Virus record (IMG/VR): IMGVR_UViG_3300023280_000122
Span: 1-47,595 of that record
DNA from: a virus
DNA: 47,595 bases
Reading direction: 5' to 3' (one strand)
Shown: positions 1 to 7,480 of the stretch, one piece after another
How the letters are laid out: the number at the start of each line of letters is the position of its first letter
Position numbering within the stretch: the stretch's first letter is position 1
The notes under the pieces: model-generated
What the model was told of the DNA's origin: nothing
The model's input: the letters and a program-made list of their open reading frames with translations, nothing else
Databases searched by the model: none
Made by a program: the position numbers and the translations under genes

Positions 1-141
1 ATGCCGAGGGTGGTTGCGAGCAGACGGCGCTGCGCCTGGCGCTGCCAGAAGTCATCGAGACGAGCGGCAACGGATTGCAGCGGGTTCTGACTGGTCAGCT
101 CTACGGTCAGGTCTGCCTGGCCGAATGCTTCGTTCAGGTAC
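1..141. repeat. End overlap: bases 1-141 are identical to 47455-47595
   Basis: Both ends were compared base by base. The overlap lies inside the capsid ORF, so a circular-assembly overlap or permutation is more likely than a physical terminal repeat. Confidence 0.95.
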
Positions 142-422
142 GCAACGCGAACCATCATCTCGCCGGTGTTAATAGCGCGCGGAGTTGCTACGTCCTGATA
201 AATGTCGTTTGAGTAGTTAGGCTCAATAGACGCATCAATCGCTTTCCAGTACGGAATATTCGCCAGGTTAGACGAGCCGCGTGCAATTTCAGCCGCGTAA
301 GGGGTCGGCGTCAGAATACCAGACTGGAAAAACGCGGTGCGTTCTACCGGGTCTTGGGTCATATATGACAGCAAAACAGGCACATTACCGGTTACGATGT
401 CGCCGATGGTGGTGATAGCCAT
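1..422 (-). CDS. Major capsid protein, N-terminal part (gene wraps across the window ends)
   Basis: ATG at 422-420 sits 1 nt after the scaffold stop (TGAtATG). The frame runs off base 1 and continues in frame at 47454 through the overlap. The joined product is 349 aa. It follows the scaffold gene and is followed by a strong hairpin. Confidence 0.75.
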   Translation of the reverse strand, partial: MAITTIGDIVTGNVPVLLSYMTQDPVERTAFFQSGILTPTPYAAEIARGSSNLANIPYWKAIDASIEPNYSNDIYQDVATPRAINTGEMMVRVAYLNEAFGQADLTVELTSQNPLQSVAARLDDFWQRQAQRRLLATTLG

Positions 423-423
423 A

Positions 424-1113
424 TCAGTTCCTCAAAAGTTTAAGCTGCCGTTGGAATTCGGCGGGATTGGTTCGGTTCAGCTCCAGCCTTTCGGCCTCGG
501 TCATGTCTTTAAACGTTGGTGCGGCCCCGCCGCTTTTGCCACCGGCAGCCCCGCCGCCAGAAGCTGCGTTAGCCTTAATCAAATGGCTGAACGCTTTATG
601 CTCACGCAGATATTTACGGAACTGGTCTGCGTCTGTCGTGATGACGTTGCCGTTGGCATCAACGAATTTGGTTACCACGTCCTCGCCGTCGAATTCTGTT
701 TTAACAAACGGCGCCACGGCGTCAACGGCTTCGGGGACGATAAAATCACCTACGAAACTGCCTAACACGGCTTTCCGTTCGCTACCCAGTACGCGGTTAG
801 CCAGCGCACTGTATTTCGCGTCTTTCTCGGCCAGTACAGGTTCATACTGACCACGAATCGTTTTTTCGAACTCATCCATTTTGCCGGCGTTTTTAAGCGA
901 TTCCTGGTGCTCGCGTTGCCGTGCAGCCTCTTCTTCTTTCGCCTTACGCAGCGCCTCTTTCTTCTCCGAAAGTAACGCCTCGTTATTGGCCTTTAGGCCC
1001 GCGACCAGCTCAGCGACTTCTTCTTCGGTATAGGTCTTAACCGGAGCACCGCCAGCCGGTTTATCATCTTCGCCCGCTTCGTTCATCAGCGGAAAACGTA
1101 AAAAACGATTCAT
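424..1113 (-). CDS. Scaffolding protein (putative)
   Basis: 229-aa protein rich in Ala, Glu and Lys with a coiled-coil-like sequence (EEEVAELVAGLKANNEALLSEKKEALRKAKEEEAARQ). It lies immediately upstream of the capsid gene. Confidence 0.6.
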   Translation of the reverse strand: MNRFLRFPLMNEAGEDDKPAGGAPVKTYTEEEVAELVAGLKANNEALLSEKKEALRKAKEEEAARQREHQESLKNAGKMDEFEKTIRGQYEPVLAEKDAKYSALANRVLGSERKAVLGSFVGDFIVPEAVDAVAPFVKTEFDGEDVVTKFVDANGNVITTDADQFRKYLREHKAFSHLIKANAASGGGAAGGKSGGAAPTFKDMTEAERLELNRTNPAEFQRQLKLLRN

Positions 1114-1138
1114 AGTCAGTATGTCCCCTGGACGTTGG

Positions 1139-1157
1139 GAGCCGGGCCACCCGGCTC
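1139..1157 (-). promoter_or_regulatory. GC-rich stem-loop in the leader of the scaffold gene
   Basis: gagccggg-cca-cccggctc forms a perfect 8-bp stem with a 3-nt loop, about 25 nt upstream of the scaffold ATG. There is no U-tract. A TTGACA on the minus strand at 1163-1168 lies just upstream. Confidence 0.5.
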
Positions 1158-1205
1158 TACACTGTCAAGAATAAATTATTCCACAGGAGAAGGCAACTAT
1201 TCCTA

Positions 1206-1234
1206 TTGACACTGTTATATTACTGTTCTAATAG
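1206..1234 (+). promoter_or_regulatory. Sigma70-like promoter for the methyltransferase gene
   Basis: TTGACA (1206-1211), a 17-nt spacer, then TAATAG (1229-1234). An AGGAG RBS and the ATG at 1263 follow. Confidence 0.5.
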
Positions 1235-1262
1235 CAGCGATAACTTAAACAGGAGTAATTTT

Positions 1263-1981
1263 ATGAAATACATGGGTAGTAAAGCGCGCCTGAGTAAGAA
1301 AATATTATCCGCGATGCCTACGCTTGAAAGAAATTATGTAGAGCCTTTCGCGGGTGGTATGAATATGGTAGCGGCCGTCGGTGATGCGCAATCACGCCAC
1401 GCCAATGAGTTAAATCATTACGTAGTGGCAATGTTTCAGGCTTTTCTTTCTGGATGGGAACCAGAGCATATCGACCGGGAAACCTACGCAAAATTAAAAG
1501 GTTTAAACGGGCCGGACCATCTCATAGGTTGGGCAGGTGTTGCGTGCTCGTACTCTGGTAAATGGTTTGGTGGTTACGCGGGCATTGTGGAGACTAAAGA
1601 GGGTCGTCGTGACTACCAGGGCGAGGCCATAAAGAACGCCATCAAACAGATAGCAGCTATGAAAGGCGTTACTTTCTCCAGCATGAGTTACGAAGAACTG
1701 GAGATACCCGACGGCAGTCTTGTGTACTGCGACCCGCCATACGCAGGGACTACGGGCTATCGGGATAGTTTCGATTCAAGGGCTATCGGGATAGTTTCGA
1801 TTCAAGGGCTTTCTGGCGATGGGCTAAGAAACTTTCTCGGTACTGTGATGTTTACGTTTCGGAGTATACCGCGCCAGATTACGCGCATGAGATTCTTGCT
1901 ATGCCAGTCAGGTCCAGCCTGAGCGCTAATGGATTATCAGGTGGCTCTAAAGAATCTGTAGAAAAGCTGTTCCGACTATAA
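1263..1981 (+). pseudogene. dam: Dam-type N6-adenine DNA methyltransferase, frameshifted by a 26-bp tandem duplication
   Basis: The N-terminus MKYMGSKARL and the DPPY motif (VYCDPPYAGT) are present. As written, the frame ends at 1922 after 47 out-of-frame codons. Removing one 26-bp copy restores ...SRAFWRWAKKLSRYCDVYVSEYTAPDYAHEILAMPVRSS...EKLFRL with a stop at 1979-1981. Confidence 0.8.
1755..1806. repeat. Perfect tandem duplication, 2 x 26 bp (ggctatcgggatagtttcgattcaag)
   Basis: Copy 1 (1755-1780) and copy 2 (1781-1806) are identical. The next 4 nt (ggct) repeat the start of the unit. The unit length is not a multiple of 3. Confidence 0.95.
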
Positions 1982-1985
1982 AACT

Positions 1986-2007
1986 AAAGCCCCGTAAGGG
2001 GCTTTTC
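1986..2007. terminator. Bidirectional intrinsic terminator
   Basis: aagcccc-gtaa-ggggctt stem-loop flanked by an A-run and a T-run. It sits between the convergent methyltransferase and o-spanin genes. Confidence 0.75.
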
Positions 2008-2247
2008 TCATTCTGTCACGTTACGAATCCAGTCCTGCAATCGGTACACCTTCAGCCGGAGCTGGCGCACGCATTCCGCGTTCAGCACGTCAACCGACAA
2101 ATCCTCATCAGCATCTGCTTTAGCATCGCCTAACTTACATGGCGCGGTCATGAGCTGCGGGTCGACCGGCGGCAACGTGTTGGCTGTGTATTCCGGTGCG
2201 CAGCCCGTTATTCCAATTATTACAGCCAACAGGAATAATTTATTCAT
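2008..2247 (-). CDS. o-spanin (outer-membrane lipoprotein, Rz1-like)
   Basis: MNKLFLLAVIIGITGC has a signal sequence with a lipobox Cys. The mature part is Pro-rich. The start overlaps the 3' end of the i-spanin gene by 8 nt. The RBS GAAGG fits the ATG at 2247 better than the one at 2253. Confidence 0.7.
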   Translation of the reverse strand: MNKLFLLAVIIGITGCAPEYTANTLPPVDPQLMTAPCKLGDAKADADEDLSVDVLNAECVRQLRLKVYRLQDWIRNVTE

Positions 2248-2596
2248 GGTCATAGCCTTCGATGTGATTGGCGTTATCGACAGCAGCCTGTTTCAGCTTA
2301 ACGCGCGCTTCGTCGAACGTGCAGACATTCCGGCCCGGCGTCTTAATGTACTTAACGACTTCCTGAGTGATGGTTACCGTGCGGGCGGCGCCCGGCTGGA
2401 CTGCGGCGGCGGCGCGGGTGTCGTTCTGTTGTTGCCGTGCTTGCTGCTTTAGCAGTCGCATCTGTGCTTTCTTCTGTTGTTCAGCGACGAGGTCTTGCCG
2501 GCCGGCGTCCCAGGCTTTGTGATAACCATAGAAATAGCTGAGGGCGGCGAGGATAAGTGCTGCTGCCGTTGCGGCCAGGATAATACGTAGATTCAT
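2240..2596 (-). CDS. i-spanin (Rz-like)
   Basis: 118 aa with an N-terminal TMD (ILAATAAALILAALSYFYGY), then a charged Gln/Ala-rich helical region. Strong RBS GGGGGAGGGAG. It overlaps the o-spanin gene. Confidence 0.65.
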   Translation of the reverse strand: MNLRIILAATAAALILAALSYFYGYHKAWDAGRQDLVAEQQKKAQMRLLKQQARQQQNDTRAAAAVQPGAARTVTITQEVVKYIKTPGRNVCTFDEARVKLKQAAVDNANHIEGYDHE

Positions 2597-2918
2597 GTTG
2601 TCTCCCTCCCCCGCGTAACAGTAGGGAGTAGCCTAAAGCGAATCCCTACATCATTACTGTACGGCAACACACTACGAATCATTGCTGCCGTAAGTTATTG
2701 AAGGGATAGTCTCTCCTTTTCTATCCTTTGTTTCTGCGAGATTCTAGACAGACTTACGCCCTTCCGCGCGGTCTCCCGAAGGCTCGTTGTGCCGGAGGCA
2801 CCTCGCTACGGGCGCCTTGCGGCGTTCGTAGAACGAAGTTGAGGGTATCAGAATATTTTACGATAGTCCACTTTTTGAATAATTTATTCCTATTTATTTT
2901 TATTGTGGAATAATTGGA

Positions 2919-2936
2919 ATAATACTGGACTATTAT
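2919..2936. promoter_or_regulatory. Perfect palindrome ATAATA-ctggac-TATTAT in a divergent promoter region
   Basis: 6-6-6 palindrome that supplies a TATTAT -10 hexamer on both strands. It lies between the spanin genes (minus strand) and the 2984 operon (plus strand). It belongs to the recurring TAATA-N6-TATTA motif. Confidence 0.6.
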
Positions 2937-2983
2937 TCTTGTTGTCGCTATCTTTAAATCAGGCAACAAAGGAGGTCGGAAAG

Positions 2984-3058
2984 ATGAACATGAACCCTGT
3001 ATTTCTCGCTCTTTTTGTTCTTATCATGCTGTATGGACTGTGGGGGTACCTCGCGTGA
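2984..3058 (+). CDS. 24-aa hydrophobic peptide (putative)
   Basis: Strong RBS AAGGAGG 6 nt before the ATG. The product MNMNPVFLALFVLIMLYGLWGYLA is a single TMD. It is the first gene of a coupled operon. Confidence 0.45.
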   Translation: MNMNPVFLALFVLIMLYGLWGYLA

Positions 3059-3177
3059 AACACCCAGGGCCTACGTTGTTTGACGATGTACTAAACTCGG
3101 CAATTTTTGTCGGAATATTAATAGTGCTGCCGTTGATGTTGTTTGCGGCCGTTTTACATGAGATGGGGATATTTTGA
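3055..3177 (+). CDS. 40-aa membrane peptide (putative, GTG start)
   Basis: The GTG overlaps the upstream stop (GTGA). The stop is directly followed by the ATG at 3178 (TGAATG). Hydrophobic core AIFVGILIVLPLMLFAAV. Confidence 0.35.
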   Translation: MKHPGPTLFDDVLNSAIFVGILIVLPLMLFAAVLHEMGIF

Positions 3178-3543
3178 ATGAGTGAAGTTAAGCGATATTA
3201 CTATAACGTTTTTAGTAAAGAAGTTGCAGAAGATACTGAGCCTGCCGTGCCAAGTGAAGACTCGCGCAGATTTGTTTTGCTGGAAGACTACGCCGCCCTC
3301 AAAGCAGAGCGTGATGCGCTGGCGGCTGCATACGAGCGAATGGATTGGGCGCTCACTCAGGAGGGGTTGCAGGTTCCAGATCCTACACCGGAAGAAGTAG
3401 CGGCCGCCATTGCTGAGTGGAAGGCGCAGGGTGCTGAGGCTTGCGTTGACGCACTGCTTAAGTCAGATGATCCTGATTTTAACAATGCCCCTCACATTTG
3501 CGCGATGGTTGCCCGTAGCCTGCGAAAAGGCGGTGCAGAATGA
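3178..3543 (+). CDS. Hypothetical protein (121 aa)
   Basis: Track ORF, coupled to the next gene by an ATGA overlap. Acidic, with a coiled-coil segment. Confidence 0.7.
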   Translation: MSEVKRYYYNVFSKEVAEDTEPAVPSEDSRRFVLLEDYAALKAERDALAAAYERMDWALTQEGLQVPDPTPEEVAAAIAEWKAQGAEACVDALLKSDDPDFNNAPHICAMVARSLRKGGAE

Positions 3544-3752
3544 ACACTACCAAAGAGGTTGAAACCTTCAGCGCGTGGATTGAGGGGCCGTTCTGTCCGG
3601 TACCGACGGCCACGCTGACCCCACGTGAGCGATACATCGCGTGGATTAGCTGGCTGGTAGCCCGCGGTGCGGCGGCAGATGTGGCCGTGAACTATCCGTC
3701 GCGTGAAGCGCCTGTCTCATCCGCAGTAAGTCTGCGTAACGGAGCTGAGTGA
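3540..3752 (+). CDS. Hypothetical protein (70 aa)
   Basis: Track ORF with start and stop overlaps on both sides. Confidence 0.65.
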   Translation: MNTTKEVETFSAWIEGPFCPVPTATLTPRERYIAWISWLVARGAAADVAVNYPSREAPVSSAVSLRNGAE

Positions 3753-4219
3753 TGGATAAGCAAAAGCTGATTGAAGATTGCAAAGAAGAGATTCAGCACC
3801 TTGAATACCTTATTTCAAAACCTTACTCGCAACGGCACCCGGAGCATCGGCAGTACCTTGAAAGCCAGTCAGCCCGGCAGAAAATCGCGCTAGCGTCGCT
3901 GGAGGCTAAGACTGTTGGCACTGTCCATATTGAATTTGACTTTGCCAACCACCGCAACGTAGCGACGCTGGATATGCGGAAAGATTTAGTCCTTGCAGAT
4001 ATGAAGAGCGGCGATGCTCTCTACACCGCCCCGCCCGCGCCGGTGGTGAAGGTGCCAAGTGAGGCTACCCGCGGAGATGCTGACGTGATTGATATAGGCT
4101 TTCTTGATGGTTGGAACGCCTGCCGCGCCGAAGTGCTGCGCCTGAATGACAACAGCGCCCCGGCCACGGATAACACCGAAGCGCAATATGAATCACTGAA
4201 GCGAGGCATTAGCTCATGA
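3749..4219 (+). CDS. Hypothetical protein (156 aa), resembles lambdoid Ea22/ead-type accessory proteins
   Basis: Coiled-coil N-terminus. The motifs LYTAPPAPVVKVPSE and GFLDGWNACRAEVLRLN recall enterobacterial prophage early accessory proteins. This is from memory only. Confidence 0.6.
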   Translation: MMDKQKLIEDCKEEIQHLEYLISKPYSQRHPEHRQYLESQSARQKIALASLEAKTVGTVHIEFDFANHRNVATLDMRKDLVLADMKSGDALYTAPPAPVVKVPSEATRGDADVIDIGFLDGWNACRAEVLRLNDNSAPATDNTEAQYESLKRGISS

Positions 4220-5928
4220 TTACTGTGAAATATGTTGAAGAACTTCGCCAAACACAAATAGACCTGGATGGTGAAACGGCGATTGTCGCCGCCTATGCAC
4301 CTGGTCGGGCGCATGGCGGGGGTATTTTTGTATATGACGCTTCCGACCTCAAGTCAGAAGACAACGGCGGAACAATTATTGTCACCGCAAACGGCAACAG
4401 ATGGAAGCGGTTACGGGATAAAGGCTCCCCTCTTACTCCGTTTATGTTCGGCTGCCTTCCGGGGCAGCAGTATAAATTCGATAACGCCGACCGCCTACAG
4501 GCGATGATTAACGCGTCAGATGGTGGTGCCGTAGACGTATCCGGCGGGCCGTGGTACGTCAATAAGACCGTGGACTTTACGCCATGTAGCGTGGTTTACG
4601 GGGACCAGTATGCTCGGCTATTGGCGGACCCGACTACATTTAACGGTAAGTGGGTGGCGACATTCGGCCGCGATAACGGTGTGAAATCAACAGAACGTTG
4701 GGCGCGCGGTGCGACTGTAGGTTGGTTTGAAGTAGTTTGTGGTAACCGGAAAGCAGAGCTTAACGGCATCTTCATTAAAGGCTCAAGGCTCAACATCGGG
4801 CCTATCCGAGCCTCTGGGTTCAACGGTACCGGTATCTCAGAGTCCGCCGTGTGGGATAGCACATTCAACCACGTAATGACTGAACGTTGCGGCAGTCTTA
4901 CGAAATGGGCCTACCAGTGTGAGCCTTATGGCGACACGCATAACGCATCTTCTCATGCCAGTATCCAGTGTGAGCAGGCATATCATCGCGGCATCTACAT
5001 CAACGCGATACGTGATACCTTTACGAATATCCACGCTGAGCGCCTGATTGTGCTGACGACCGACGATGGCACAACAGGTTTGCCGTCTGGGCTGAAATAC
5101 CTAAATCACAGCATCACCCTCGGCAACGCATCAGTTATGCAGATGGTGATGGATTGTGACTTAAAAGACAACACCACTAACGAAACGCTTGGCGTGACGG
5201 TAGAGGGTAGTATGGTTCTCGGCCTGGACCGTGGCTCTATCAAAGACGCCAACTGCTCCGGCTTTACAGCATCGACAAGTTTCGGTAGCCACGGAATTTA
5301 CGACATTGCACGCTTTTCTAACTGGTACATTAAAGCCCCATCGCAACAGTTGTCTATGCGTAATTGTGAAATTGACGGCGTTCTGGCTGCCGAGTCGAGA
5401 TGTACATTCGACCGCTGCACCGCTGGTACTTTCCTTGTCCAGTACAATGCGCAGGACCTGGTATGGCGCGAAGGTACTATCGGAGCTATTACCTACGCCG
5501 GCAACATCCAGGGGGATATTTATTTCTACAACCTGCGTTATAACGGAAAAGTCGGCGGGACTAAATACCCTTCAGGGGGCGCGCAGCCGGTAACGTTTGT
5601 GAACTGTCGTCTTGCGGATGTAACGGGTGCATACCAGAATCACGTTCGCGTCATCGGCGGTTCTGTTACAAATGTAAATCTGGCGAGCAAAGCATATGCA
5701 GAGTTCCGGGATGTTAAAATAGATAATTTCGATTATGCGGGAGTTCCGGCTTTTATCACGGTTAATTGTCAGTGCGCTAATGCCGTTAAGTGGGCGGTAC
5801 CTGTAGCCGGTCCGTGGGGCTCGGGCGCGCTCACGGGGCGAATAGACGCTGAATTTGCAGCATCAGACGTAATGTATTCGCACGTTGACGGCAGCGGTTC
5901 CTGGGCCGCGGTGGGAAGTAAGCTGTAA
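4216..5928 (+). CDS. Right-handed beta-helix (pectate-lyase-superfamily-like) protein, candidate polysaccharide depolymerase
   Basis: 570 aa. The N-terminal segment FMFGCLPGQQYKFDNADRLQAMINASDGGAVDVSGGPWYV matches the pectate_lyase_3-type opening. The rest is Gly/Asn/Thr-rich. It is the last gene of the plus-strand operon, just before a terminator. Confidence 0.55.
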   Translation: MITVKYVEELRQTQIDLDGETAIVAAYAPGRAHGGGIFVYDASDLKSEDNGGTIIVTANGNRWKRLRDKGSPLTPFMFGCLPGQQYKFDNADRLQAMINASDGGAVDVSGGPWYVNKTVDFTPCSVVYGDQYARLLADPTTFNGKWVATFGRDNGVKSTERWARGATVGWFEVVCGNRKAELNGIFIKGSRLNIGPIRASGFNGTGISESAVWDSTFNHVMTERCGSLTKWAYQCEPYGDTHNASSHASIQCEQAYHRGIYINAIRDTFTNIHAERLIVLTTDDGTTGLPSGLKYLNHSITLGNASVMQMVMDCDLKDNTTNETLGVTVEGSMVLGLDRGSIKDANCSGFTASTSFGSHGIYDIARFSNWYIKAPSQQLSMRNCEIDGVLAAESRCTFDRCTAGTFLVQYNAQDLVWREGTIGAITYAGNIQGDIYFYNLRYNGKVGGTKYPSGGAQPVTFVNCRLADVTGAYQNHVRVIGGSVTNVNLASKAYAEFRDVKIDNFDYAGVPAFITVNCQCANAVKWAVPVAGPWGSGALTGRIDAEFAASDVMYSHVDGSGSWAAVGSKL

Positions 5929-5933
5929 ATAAC

Positions 5934-5957
5934 AAAGCCCCTTACGGGGCTTTTTCT
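5934..5957. terminator. Bidirectional intrinsic terminator
   Basis: agcccc-ttac-ggggct stem followed by TTTTT. It lies at a convergent gene junction. Confidence 0.8.
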
Positions 5958-6423
5958 ATTCTGCTTCTTTGGCCTTTACTTCAGCCGCTTTAGATACTGC
6001 GGTGGCCCCTGAAGCGTCCGTCACTACCGCCCAGTATTTCCCTGGTTCTGTCACAGACAGTTTTTCTCCGCCATCCGGGACATTAACAACCTGCTTGTCG
6101 TCTTTGTACCACTGAATGGTATATGGCGCTTTTCCGGCTTTTGGTGTTGCCGTCAACGCACTGGCTTTATCGCCTAACTGTACGTCTTCCGGCTGTACCG
6201 CGAAATAAACGTCGCCTACGTCTTCGAGATATGGGACTTCGAATAGCGCGCCGCCGGAAGTCGCTTTAATGCCGGTCTTATCTGCAAACGGCATAGCGTC
6301 TACGGCACTGCCGAGCACCGATTCGTCTTCCAGGTAAACCGAACCATCTACGGCAGCGCTAACGCGTTTATATTGAACTACGCGACGCTCTGGAACATCT
6401 TCAACTTTAAAGAACCCAGCCAT
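5956..6423 (-). CDS. Ig-like domain protein (possible head decoration or accessory protein)
   Basis: 155 aa. The C-terminal part, YTIQWYKDDKQVVNVPDGGEKLSVTEPGKYWAVVTDASG, resembles an I-set Ig domain. It follows the head morphogenesis gene. Confidence 0.6.
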   Translation of the reverse strand: MAGFFKVEDVPERRVVQYKRVSAAVDGSVYLEDESVLGSAVDAMPFADKTGIKATSGGALFEVPYLEDVGDVYFAVQPEDVQLGDKASALTATPKAGKAPYTIQWYKDDKQVVNVPDGGEKLSVTEPGKYWAVVTDASGATAVSKAAEVKAKEAE

Positions 6424-6424
6424 G

Positions 6425-7480
6425 TCATAACCCCTTCAGGTAGTCGGCTACTCGTTTATCGAGGTCAGCCATCTGTTGTAGTGTAAGTGGGCGGCCGTAG
6501 CCATCCACAGATATTGTACGGAATTCTTCAGGACTGACACCACTGTTGCGGAATATTTTACCGCGGGCCGGCCCTAAAGCCTCATCCTGGAACCATGCGG
6601 GCTGTTGCTTAAGGAAATCATAGTATGACGTTGATGCATCAACTTGCGTACCACCGTCAGCCCCGCGTGCGGCGCGTTTAGCTCCTTCATCGAGGAAATC
6701 AAGGAAATCGTCCTCAATTACCGGGATTGTAGTCGACCGGCAATTGGGATGTGCTGGCGGCACAGGGCCTTTGCCCACAGCGTATTTTTGTGCGTCCCGA
6801 GACTTACAAACAGTAGAGGTTCGGCTGTCGAGGGTAGATACCCACTGGTATTTTTGCACGATGTCCTGGTTGCTGCCGTAGACTTGTTCGCGGGCGATGT
6901 TGGACACGTGCGCAACTGCAGTCCGAACAACCGTCATAGCGTTGCGTTCAGAGATGTCAGCTAAACCACCAGCACCGGCCACTTGGCTGACAATTTGCCG
7001 TGTCGTTTGGCCCTGCACGAACCCAGACTGCACACCGCGAACCAATCTATTTTTCTCGCTGATTGTCCAGCTATCGAGCATGTCTATCATGCCGACGGGG
7101 GTGTTACTCAGGGCTAGCGGCGTGAATTTAACTGCGGACCACAGCTCTTCAACCGAAGGCCCTGCGATGAACGTTTCTTTTTTAGTGTTTTCTTCCAACG
7201 TATGAATAAACCATTTGTTCTCGTAATCGGCGATGTCCTTGAGGCTTTTCTCGATGGTCTTTTTCCAATCGCCGGTTACGTCGTCCATTACCCCATCAAG
7301 GCTCGCCAGCATCTTATTTAGCTTTTTCACAGTCCGCGCGTCGTCACCGAACTTAAGCACCGCCTCTCGTACCTCGTCACGCATTTTGTTGACGAAGGGG
7401 ATAGACAGGCTGGCCGTCTGCGTGCCGAGGCGTTGCAGCCACACCTGGTGGCTGATAATCATCTGAGAAAGCTGGCTCAT
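6425..7480 (-). CDS. Head morphogenesis protein (Mu F / SPP1 gp7 family)
   Basis: 351 aa, directly after the portal gene with an ATGA overlap. Conserved region WVSTLDSRTSTVCKSRDAQKY...PPAHPNCRSTT. Confidence 0.8.
   Translation of the reverse strand: MSQLSQMIISHQVWLQRLGTQTASLSIPFVNKMRDEVREAVLKFGDDARTVKKLNKMLASLDGVMDDVTGDWKKTIEKSLKDIADYENKWFIHTLEENTKKETFIAGPSVEELWSAVKFTPLALSNTPVGMIDMLDSWTISEKNRLVRGVQSGFVQGQTTRQIVSQVAGAGGLADISERNAMTVVRTAVAHVSNIAREQVYGSNQDIVQKYQWVSTLDSRTSTVCKSRDAQKYAVGKGPVPPAHPNCRSTTIPVIEDDFLDFLDEGAKRAARGADGGTQVDASTSYYDFLKQQPAWFQDEALGPARGKIFRNSGVSPEEFRTISVDGYGRPLTLQQMADLDKRVADYLKGL

Noticed and set aside
1-141. The 141-bp terminal identity as a genuine direct terminal repeat of the virion DNA.
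   Set aside because: The repeat boundary falls in the middle of the major capsid ORF, and joining the ends restores the gene in frame. This is what an assembler overlap on a circular or permuted genome produces. It cannot be fully excluded without read-end data.
1206-1262. N-terminal extensions given by the ORF track. Examples are starts at 1206, 14193, 17872, 18494, 22428, 25618, 28160, 30667, 33381, 40446, 41250, 44285 and 45475.
   Set aside because: The extended starts are non-ATG codons or lack an RBS. They overlap upstream genes or promoters. Internal ATG codons with good Shine-Dalgarno spacing or ATGA/TAATG coupling give the starts used in the feature list.
2593-2682. A 29-aa minus-strand ORF whose stop overlaps the i-spanin ATG (ATGA).
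   Set aside because: There is no Shine-Dalgarno sequence within range of its ATG, and the peptide has no recognisable features. The overlap is likely coincidental, but ribosome profiling could revisit it.
2728-2969. Track ORFs 2728-2913 (plus strand) and 2754-2969 (minus strand) in the large intergenic gap.
   Set aside because: They overlap each other and lack an RBS. One needs a non-ATG start. Their composition is implausible: Arg/Pro-rich from the GC core, then AT-rich low complexity. The region is treated as non-coding.
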